A DNA stretch of 64,000 nt from Gemmatimonadales bacterium. GTDB lineage: Bacteria; Gemmatimonadota; Gemmatimonadetes; Gemmatimonadales; GWC2-71-9. A model generated the notes under the pieces. The model did not search any database, had not been told where the DNA came from, and saw only the letters and a program-made list of their open reading frames with translations. Of the stretch, positions 46,969 to 55,561 are shown piece after piece. Made by a program: the position numbers and the translations under genes. Each line of letters starts with the position of its first letter. The stretch's first letter is position 1. Location: positions 2,816 to 66,815 of the forward strand of contig JBJXGT010000004.1 of NCBI GenBank assembly GCA_046160105.1, given 5' to 3'.

Positions 46969-47766
46969 ATGCGCGTCCTTCCCCTCGTTCTCACCGGGTG
47001 TTTGCTCGCCCTGCCGCTCCGTGCTCAAGACCACAAAGGACAGGTCCGTGGGGTGGTGACCGGCACCCTCGGCGATCTCGTCGAGGGGGCCGAGATCCGG
47101 CTGGTCGGCACGGAGTATTCCACCACGACGGACGCCAAGGGATGGTTCGCGATTCGCGGGCTCGCGCAGGGCGACTACATCGCGGAGGTCCGGCGAATCG
47201 GGTTCAAGGCACAGCGGCTCGGCGCGTCACTGAAGGACGGCGAGATCAAGGAGGTCAAGATCATTCTGGAGCGCGGGGCCTTTGAGCTGCCCGAAGTCGC
47301 GGTGACGGTCCGGCAGCTCAAGCCGATCGAGTACGGCTGGACCACGCGCTACGACGACTTCTTCCGGCGGAAGCGCGTGGGCCTGGGGGCGTACATCATG
47401 CGGGACCAGATCGATCGGCGAGGAGCCGGCCGAACGCCGAGCTTGTTGGCGGGCATTCGTGGCGTGCGATTGATGTTCCGACATCCGGGCGTCTCTGGCA
47501 CAGACGTGAAGATCACCGGGTGTGACCGAGTCAGCGTGTGGATCGATGGGCAGAAGCAGCGATATGCCGATGTGCCCTCGGGGCGAGGTGGTGGGGGGTT
47601 CGGGCACGGAGCAGTCACCCAATCCTCGGCTGGCGCGGTCGGAAGCCATCTGGAGCGGGTCCTGCCTAGTCAGATCGAGATGATCGAGGTCTACCGCGGG
47701 CCCGCGGAGATGCCAGCCGAGTTCATCGACGACAGCTGCGCGGCGATTGCCGTGTGGACGAGGTGA
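46969..47766 (+). CDS. CarboxypepD_reg-like + TonB plug domain protein without beta-barrel (paralog B)
   Basis: By eye, about nine in ten residues are identical to paralog A outside one replaced segment. The ribosome-binding-site context is the same (CCGGAGG...). Confidence 0.78.
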   Translation: MRVLPLVLTGCLLALPLRAQDHKGQVRGVVTGTLGDLVEGAEIRLVGTEYSTTTDAKGWFAIRGLAQGDYIAEVRRIGFKAQRLGASLKDGEIKEVKIILERGAFELPEVAVTVRQLKPIEYGWTTRYDDFFRRKRVGLGAYIMRDQIDRRGAGRTPSLLAGIRGVRLMFRHPGVSGTDVKITGCDRVSVWIDGQKQRYADVPSGRGGGGFGHGAVTQSSAGAVGSHLERVLPSQIEMIEVYRGPAEMPAEFIDDSCAAIAVWTR

Positions 47767-47800
47767 CCGAGCGTCTCCGTGAGTCACTCCGCCTTCGGGT

Positions 47801-49354
47801 CTAGACCCGAATCGGCGCGGGCAACTCGTGGCGGATCGGCGCGTTCGGGACCGACGGTTCGCGCCGTTCGAGATCCCACCGCTTCCAGACATCGGGCAGC
47901 GCGGCGATGACGTCCAGTGGCCGGACCGTTCGGGCCGAGGTGCGCCGGGCGGCGATGTCGGCGGCCTCACCTAACGCCTGCGCCCCGGCCGCGGCGGCCT
48001 GCGCGGCGTCGTTCCCTTGCGCCAGCCAGGTGGCGATCAGCCCGCTCAAGGTGTCGCCGCTGCCGCCGGTGGCGAGGCCGGGATTGCCCGCCGCGACGGT
48101 GATCGGCGCTTCGCCGGGATGGACCACTACCGTGGGCACCCCTTTCAGCAGGACCACCGCCCCGACGATTCCGGCCGCCGCGGCCGTCGCCCCCCACGGA
48201 TCGATCGCGATCGAGGCCGATTCGCTCGGGAACAGGGCTCGGAATTCACCGGCGTGCGGGGTGATGACCACCGCCCGGTCGCCCACCAACGCGGCGAGAT
48301 CCCCGGGGTTGCCCGCGAACGCCATCAGGCCGTCGGCGTCGATCACCAGCGGGGCCACCGTCGCCGACGCCACCTCCGCGACGAAGGCGGCTCGGCCCGG
48401 CGCGCGGCCGAGGCCGGGGCCGATGACCACGGCGTCGGCGCGGGCCAGGAGATCGTTGGCGCGGGCGTCGAGGTGGCGTAGGTCGCAACAGGCGAGTTGG
48501 AGGTCCGGCTCGGTGGGGGCGATCAGGGCGGCGCACTCCTCGGGCACCAGCAGGTGGACGAGACCGGCCCCGGCCGCGAACGCGCTCCGTCCGGCGAGCC
48601 GCGCCGCGCCAGTCATCCCCTGGTCGCCACCGACGACCACCACCCGGCCCCTCCCGCCCTTGTGACTCGCGGCCGCGAACGGCGGCGCCACTCTGGCGGC
48701 GTCTCGGGTCTCGAACAGCACCGGCCAGCTCCGATCGGGCGGGGCGAAGCCGATCTCGATCGCGCAGAGGTCACCGACCTCGTCGCGGGCCAGCAGGTGG
48801 CCCCGCCGATAGCCGCCAAACGTGATGGTCAGCTCGGCGCAGAGGCCCTCGTAGGTGACTCCGGTTTCCAGGTCGAGGCCGGTCGGGCCGTCCACCGCGA
48901 CGATCGGCAGCGCCAGCTCGGCGATCCGGGCCACCAGCGCGGTCACCGAGCTTCGGAGGGGGCCCCGCGCCCCGGTGCCGAGGATCGCGTCGACCACCAA
49001 CCCCGCCGCCGGCCAGGGGCCTTCCGGGTCGAGTTCCCGAACCCCGTCGGACCGGGCCAGGTCGGCGACGTGCCCGCAGAGCTCCGAGCGTGGGCCGCTC
49101 GGCGAAACCACCCAGACCGGCACGCCGAGCGCGTGAAGCGCTCGAGCGATGACCCAGCCGTCGCCGCCGTTGTTGCCGGGGCCGGCCGCCACGATGGCGC
49201 CGAGCTTGAGGGCCCTCGGGTAGCGGGTGGTGAGCACCGCGACGATCCCCCGCCCCGCCGATTCCATCAGAGTATGGAGCGAAACGCCGCGTTGGGCGGT
49301 GTCGTGATCCCAGCGGGCGGCCTGGGCGGGGGTGAGGACGGGCAGGAGACTCAT
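47801..49354 (-). CDS. nnr: bifunctional NAD(P)H-hydrate repair enzyme (epimerase + ADP-dependent dehydratase)
   Basis: The N-terminal YjeF_N domain has GPGNNGGDGWV. The C-terminal carbohydrate-kinase-like domain has GGSGDTLSG. Confidence 0.9.
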   Translation of the reverse strand: MSLLPVLTPAQAARWDHDTAQRGVSLHTLMESAGRGIVAVLTTRYPRALKLGAIVAAGPGNNGGDGWVIARALHALGVPVWVVSPSGPRSELCGHVADLARSDGVRELDPEGPWPAAGLVVDAILGTGARGPLRSSVTALVARIAELALPIVAVDGPTGLDLETGVTYEGLCAELTITFGGYRRGHLLARDEVGDLCAIEIGFAPPDRSWPVLFETRDAARVAPPFAAASHKGGRGRVVVVGGDQGMTGAARLAGRSAFAAGAGLVHLLVPEECAALIAPTEPDLQLACCDLRHLDARANDLLARADAVVIGPGLGRAPGRAAFVAEVASATVAPLVIDADGLMAFAGNPGDLAALVGDRAVVITPHAGEFRALFPSESASIAIDPWGATAAAAGIVGAVVLLKGVPTVVVHPGEAPITVAAGNPGLATGGSGDTLSGLIATWLAQGNDAAQAAAAGAQALGEAADIAARRTSARTVRPLDVIAALPDVWKRWDLERREPSVPNAPIRHELPAPIRV

Positions 49355-49376
49355 GCCGCGAGGTGGGGCGTGTTGC

Positions 49377-49762
49377 CTAACGATCGCCCGCGACGCCGGG
49401 CCAGCGATAGCCCGTCGAGAAGGCGGCGTCGAAATCGAAGACGCCCTTGAAGTCCTCTTCCCGGTCGGTCGGCTGGGTCGACAGCAGGCCAACTTCGACC
49501 AGGGCAAAGACGATCCGCCCGAGGTCCTCCGTCTTCCGGATGCCCCAGTGCTCGAGGACCGGGCGGGCCATCAGGCCATACTGATCGAGGGCGTGCTCCC
49601 GGCAGGCGTGGGCCAACTCCGGCCCGGTGACGTGGCGCCGGGCGGTGAGCTTGTTCTGGAGGTACTCGATCGCCTCCAGCACGAACAGGTAGGCGAACTC
49701 GTCGTAGTGGCTCTCGGTCGCCCGCAGTTTGGCGACGAGCTCGGGGTTGAGGCGCATCTCGA

Positions 49763-49766
<4 letters not shown>
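49377..49766 (-). CDS. conserved hypothetical protein (possibly Minf_1886-like family)
   Basis: 129 aa. Its GTG start overlaps the glyA stop (GTGA). It sits between glyA and nnr. The family name is recalled from memory only. Confidence 0.6.
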
Positions 49767-51034
<1,268 letters not shown>

Positions 51035-51035
51035 G

Positions 51036-51479
51036 TCAGTCCGTTTCCGTTTCGATCTTGGCGATCCGGCGGGCGTGGCGCCCTCCTTCGAACGGCGTGT
51101 CCAGCCACGTCTTGAGAATCTCGACGCCGTCGGCCTCGGTCACGAAACGCGCCGGCAACACCAGAACGTTGGCGTCGTTATGCTCCCGGGCCAGCTTGGC
51201 GATCTCGGTGTTCCCCACCACCGCCGCCCGGACCCCGTGATGCCGATTGGCGGCGTATGCCATCCCCAAGCCCGTCCCACACAGCAGCACCCCTCGCTGC
51301 ACCTCGCCCCGGGACACCTTGTCGGCCACCACGTGGGCGTAGTCGGGATAGTCGGTCGATTCGGCCGAGTGGGTCCCGACGTCGAGCGGGTCGTAGCCGA
51401 GCTCGGTGAGCACCTGGACGAGCCGCTCCTTGAGCTCGAAGCCAGCGTGATCGGCGCCGATCGGGATCGTTTCGGACAT
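51036..51479 (-). CDS. rpiB: ribose-5-phosphate isomerase B
   Basis: [14 protein letters not shown]...[17 protein letters not shown]...[12 protein letters not shown]. Confidence 0.93.
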   Translation of the reverse strand: MSETIPIGADHAGFELKERLVQVLTELGYDPLDVGTHSAESTDYPDYAHVVADKVSRGEVQRGVLLCGTGLGMAYAANRHHGVRAAVVGNTEIAKLAREHNDANVLVLPARFVTEADGVEILKTWLDTPFEGGRHARRIAKIETETD

Positions 51480-51508
51480 GGGGGAAATCTGCGGTGCGCG
51501 GGGGTTGG

Positions 51509-51627
51509 GGCGCAAGGCGCAAGGCGCAAGGCGCAGGACTCAGGACTCAGGACTCAGGACTCAGGACTCAGGACTCAGGACTCAGGACTCAGGACTCAGG
51601 ACTCAAGACTCAAGACTCAAGACTAAG
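51509..51627. repeat. heptanucleotide tandem array: (GGCGCAA)x3 + GGCGCAG, (GACTCAG)x9, (GACTCAA)x3, GACTAAG
   Basis: Counted directly from the sequence: 17 consecutive 7-nt units between the rpiB start and the hbd stop. Confidence 0.95.
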
Positions 51628-51743
51628 GTTGACGGCGCGGGAGTCCGTCCGGAATCGGATTGGACGCCGGGCGCAAGGGCAAGGGTTGAGGTTTCAGCGG
51701 GGAGCCGCTGGTCGCAATCCGGGCGGTGGTCACCAGATCGGGC

Positions 51744-51785
51744 GAGTCCTGAGTCCTGAGTCTTGAGTCCTGAGTCTTGAGTCCT
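51744..51785. repeat. inverted heptanucleotide array (GAGTCCT/GAGTCTT)x6, reverse complement of the 51537-51620 units
   Basis: GAGTCCT GAGTCCT GAGTCTT GAGTCCT GAGTCTT GAGTCCT, ending 5 nt before the hbd stop codon. The reverse complement pairs with any six AGGACTC units of the first array with only two mismatches. Confidence 0.95.
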
Positions 51786-51790
51786 GTGCC

Positions 51791-52633
51791 CTAGTACCGA
51801 TAAAACCCCCGCCCACTCTTCCGGCCCAGATGTCCCGCCGCCACCATCCGGCGCAGCAGCGGGCAGGGACGGTACTTCGGATCGCCGAGACCCTTGGACA
51901 TCACCTCGAGGATCGCGAGGCAGACGTCGAGGCCGATGAAGTCGGCGAGGGCGAGCGGGCCCATCGGGTGGGCCATCCCCAGCTTCATCACCGTGTCGAC
52001 CGATTCCACCGTGGCAACGCCTTCCATCACCGTGTAGATGGCCTCGTTGATCATCGGCATCAGGATCCGGTTGGCCACGAAGCCGGGGTAGTCCTGGACC
52101 TCGACTGGGGTCTTGCCGAGCTCCTTGCCGATCGCCAGCACGGTGGTGGTGGTCGCATCGCTGGTGGCGTGGCCGCGGATCACCTCGAGCAGTTGCATTA
52201 CCGGGACCGGGTTCATGAAGTGCATCCCGATCACGTTCTCGGGCCGTTTGGTCCGAGCACCGATCTCGGTGATCGAGATCGAGCTGGTGTTCGAGGCGAG
52301 AATCACGTCCGAAGCGCAGACCCGGTCCAGGGTTTCGAACAGGGAGAACTTGAGGGGCGGATTCTCGGTGGCGGCTTCGACCACGAACTGCGCGGGCGCC
52401 GCGGCGTCGAGCGAAGTCGCGGTCTGGATCCGGCCGAGGATCTGGGTCGGCGCGTCGCCCGGGATGGCGCCCTTCTTGGCTTGACGGTCGAGATTCGCCT
52501 GGATCGTGGTCCGGGCCTTGTCGAGCGCCAGCTGGGAGACGTCGATCAGGGTGACGCTCCATCCGTACTGGGCGAAGACGTGAGCGATGCCGTTGCCCAT
52601 CGTTCCCGCGCCGATGACCGCCGCCTGCTTCAT
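51791..52633 (-). CDS. hbd: 3-hydroxybutyryl-CoA dehydrogenase (3-hydroxyacyl-CoA dehydrogenase family)
   Basis: MKQAAVIGAGTMGNGIAHVFA Rossmann motif, NTSSISIT, and HFMNPVPVMQLLEVI. Confidence 0.92.
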   Translation of the reverse strand: MKQAAVIGAGTMGNGIAHVFAQYGWSVTLIDVSQLALDKARTTIQANLDRQAKKGAIPGDAPTQILGRIQTATSLDAAAPAQFVVEAATENPPLKFSLFETLDRVCASDVILASNTSSISITEIGARTKRPENVIGMHFMNPVPVMQLLEVIRGHATSDATTTTVLAIGKELGKTPVEVQDYPGFVANRILMPMINEAIYTVMEGVATVESVDTVMKLGMAHPMGPLALADFIGLDVCLAILEVMSKGLGDPKYRPCPLLRRMVAAGHLGRKSGRGFYRY

Positions 52634-53433
52634 GAAGCCCCCTTGAAGTCTCGCCAACGAGTGACCCAATACGCCCCAGTCACCAGCGCGACCGACGCGA
52701 GGATGCCGCCTTCCGGTCCGAAACCGCCGCCGGTGACCCAGGCGGGTTGGCCGGGGATGAAGTCGATCCACGGCACGTCGAACGGCAGTCCGCTCACCGG
52801 GGCGGCCAGCGCGGCCAGAATCAGATTCCAGCCGAGGTGGGCGCCAGTGGCGGTCCACAATCCGCCCCGGGCCAAGAACGTAAGCCCCAGAAACACGCCG
52901 GCAAGGGCAATGTTGCCTAGCGCGAGCGGCGTTACGGAGGGATTGGCCGCGTGCACCAGCGCGAAGAGAGTCGAGGACACCGCGAGGGCCCCGATGCGGC
53001 CCAGTCCCTTGGCCAACCCGGCGAACAGCGCCCCCCGAAAGGCCAGCTCCTCGAAGAACGCCGCCGGCAACAGCACCAGCGCCAGGATCGAGACCCGGGC
53101 CAGATAGGCACCGACCGAGCCCCCATCGAGCTGCCACCGCGAATCCAGCGGCCACCCCAGCGCGAGGGCCAGCGCGCCGATCAGTACCGCGAGCGCCAAT
53201 CCCTTCCCGAACCCCGCCACACTCTCCCGCGCCGAAGCCCAGCCTAGCTCCGCCGCCGACAAACGCAACGCCCGGCGGCCGACGAGCCACGTTAGGCCGC
53301 CGAACACCGCGATCCCGATGGCCGCCTGGATCAACGCGGGGAGGACCAGACCTTGGGCGGCGACCGGCCAGCGGTTGGCGGCGAGGGAGAGCGCGAAGAG
53401 GGCGAAGGTCGTGGTGAGGAGGTACCCCACCAT
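52630..53433 (-). CDS. CPBP family intramembrane glutamic endopeptidase (CAAX protease-like)
   Basis: Multi-TM protein with the EELAFRG and FALVHAAN motifs. Its stop overlaps the hbd ATG (ATGA). The start is uncertain: ATG 53433 or GTG 53436, and the ORF stays open up to the thiolase stop. Confidence 0.8.
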   Translation of the reverse strand: MVGYLLTTTFALFALSLAANRWPVAAQGLVLPALIQAAIGIAVFGGLTWLVGRRALRLSAAELGWASARESVAGFGKGLALAVLIGALALALGWPLDSRWQLDGGSVGAYLARVSILALVLLPAAFFEELAFRGALFAGLAKGLGRIGALAVSSTLFALVHAANPSVTPLALGNIALAGVFLGLTFLARGGLWTATGAHLGWNLILAALAAPVSGLPFDVPWIDFIPGQPAWVTGGGFGPEGGILASVALVTGAYWVTRWRDFKGAS

Positions 53434-53507
53434 CACCAGGGCGAGCGACCACGAGACCGCCGCGACCCGACTCCGAAGCGGGATCGCGGCGGGAGGTGCG
53501 GCGGCGG

Positions 53508-54695
53508 TCAGAGCGCTTCGACGGAGAGCGCGACCGCGTTGCCACCACCCAGACAGAGGGTGGCCAAACCGGTGGCGGCCTTCCGGGCTCGCATCGCGTG
53601 AAGCAGCGTCGTCAGGATCCGGGAACCGCTGGCCCCGATCGGATGGCCCAGCGCGATCGCGCCGCCGTTGACGTTGACCCGGTCCCAATCCCATTCGAGG
53701 CCCCGGCCGTCGGCAATGCACTGCGACGCGAAGGCTTCGTTGGCCTCGATCAGGCCGTAGTCGCCGATCTTGGTGCCGGCCTTCTTCATCAGGTTGCGGA
53801 CCGCGTAGATCGGCGCGAAGAAAAGATCCTTCGGCTCGCCGCCGCCAGTGGCGTAGCCGGTGACCTTGGCCAACGGGGTCAGGCCGTGGGCCTTGGCGTA
53901 CGCCAGCGAGGCGACGATCACCGCGCTCGACCCGTCGTTCAGGGTGGAGGCGTTGCCCGCGGTGACGCTCCCGTCTTTCTGGAACGACGGCTTGAGCTTG
54001 GCGAGCCCGTCGGCGGTGGTCTCCTTGCGGGGACCTTCGTCCTGGGAGAACACCGTGGTCCCGGCCTTCGAGGTGATCTCGACCCCGACGATCTCCGTCT
54101 TGAAATGACCGGACTCGATCGCGGCCGCGGCCTTCTGCTGACTGCCGGCGGAGAACGCGTCCTGCTCCTGACGGGTGACCCCCGCCTTGGTCGCGGTGTA
54201 CTCGGCGAGGTTGCCCATGTGCGTGTTGCCGTACACGTCCCAGAGCCCGTCGTGAATCATCCCGTCGAGCATCGTCTGGTTGCCGATCTTGATCCCACCC
54301 CGAATGCCGGGGAGGTAGTGGACCGCGTTCGACATCGACTCCTGGCCACCCGCGACGACGCATTGGTTGTCGCCGGCGCGGATCGATTGGGCCGCGAGCA
54401 TCACGGCCTTCAAGCCCGAGCCGCAGACCTTGTTGATGGTAACCGCTGGAATCACCCCGTTGAGCCCGGCGAAGATCATGGCCTGGCGCGCCGGGGCTTG
54501 GCCGGTGCCGCCCTGGAGGACGTGGCCCATGATGACTTCGTCGATCGAGGCGGCGTCGATGCCGGCACGCCTGACGGCCTCTTTGATGGCGATCGCCCCG
54601 AGTTGGGGCGCCGAGAACGAGGCCAGGCCGCCCAGATACTTGCCAATCGGGGTGCGGCAGGCCGACAGAATGACGGGAGTGGTCTGGTCAGACAT
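53508..54695 (-). CDS. acetyl-CoA C-acetyltransferase (thiolase II)
   Basis: VILSACRTPIGK..., NKVCGSGLKAV active-site Cys, and NVNGGAIALGHPIGASG...LCLGGG. Confidence 0.95.
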   Translation of the reverse strand: MSDQTTPVILSACRTPIGKYLGGLASFSAPQLGAIAIKEAVRRAGIDAASIDEVIMGHVLQGGTGQAPARQAMIFAGLNGVIPAVTINKVCGSGLKAVMLAAQSIRAGDNQCVVAGGQESMSNAVHYLPGIRGGIKIGNQTMLDGMIHDGLWDVYGNTHMGNLAEYTATKAGVTRQEQDAFSAGSQQKAAAAIESGHFKTEIVGVEITSKAGTTVFSQDEGPRKETTADGLAKLKPSFQKDGSVTAGNASTLNDGSSAVIVASLAYAKAHGLTPLAKVTGYATGGGEPKDLFFAPIYAVRNLMKKAGTKIGDYGLIEANEAFASQCIADGRGLEWDWDRVNVNGGAIALGHPIGASGSRILTTLLHAMRARKAATGLATLCLGGGNAVALSVEAL

Positions 54696-54931
54696 TGGGT
54701 CGAATCCACCGAGAAGGGCGTGAGACAGCGAGGCCAAATATAGCCTCCTACCATCCCTGCTTTCGGTCGGCCGATCGCATCCCGACCCCCGCGACCGGCT
54801 GAGAAAGGCCGGCCCGGGGGGCCGGTCGGGAACCCGGCGCTTACGACAAGTATGTAACAGTTGCGTGACGTCCGAGGCACGGATTAGCAACTTTCCTGGG
54901 ACTCGTTCCTCTCCAAATAGGAGGCCTCGGG

Positions 54932-55546
54932 GTGAACCGCAGCGGCATGATCGGGTTCGGCGCGTTGATCTGGAGCTTGTTCGGCCCGGGACGCCTGAGC
55001 GGACAGGTGCTCAGCCTCGCCGCCGGACCAGCCGCATCTTCCTGTGGAAGCGGTCACCTGAGCGCGCGGCTCCGATCCGCCCACCCGCTCGGGGCGTCTC
55101 GAACACCCGCGCGACAGTGCCTCGACGAAACCCTGACCTGGGTACCCACCGCGCCGTTGGACCCGGGCCAACGGGAGGTCTGGCGTCGGGCCCTCCGAGC
55201 CCTGGAGGCCTCCGATCGGACCGGCTGCCAAGAAGCCGCCCGCGTGTTGGACCAGTTGGAACGCGACGGACGGGTCAGCGTGTGGTCAGCGGTCGATACG
55301 GTCGGAGGCATGCTCTACTTGGGCGCCGCGTACGTCGACCACGATGCGGCCCCCTTGGCGGTGCAGTTCTGGGCTCCGGCCTTGGACCGGCCGCTCGGTT
55401 GGTTCGTCGGCGCGGCGGCCCACGAGGCGTTTCACGTCCTCCAGCCCGGCGGGTCGGAGGACGAGGCTCATGGGTTCGGCGCGACCTGTGGCGGCGCGGT
55501 GGCGGCCCGCGCCGTTCGAACCACCGGGGGTGGAGGCGGACGTTAG
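54932..55546 (+). CDS. hypothetical secreted protein with HExxH motif
   Basis: GTG start with GGAGG 8 nt upstream, a hydrophobic N-terminus, and a single AAAHEAFHV zinc-protease-like motif near the C-terminus. No family was recognised. Confidence 0.55.
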   Translation: MNRSGMIGFGALIWSLFGPGRLSGQVLSLAAGPAASSCGSGHLSARLRSAHPLGASRTPARQCLDETLTWVPTAPLDPGQREVWRRALRALEASDRTGCQEAARVLDQLERDGRVSVWSAVDTVGGMLYLGAAYVDHDAAPLAVQFWAPALDRPLGWFVGAAAHEAFHVLQPGGSEDEAHGFGATCGGAVAARAVRTTGGGGGR

Positions 55547-55561
55547 GCGGTCCCTCGGGCG

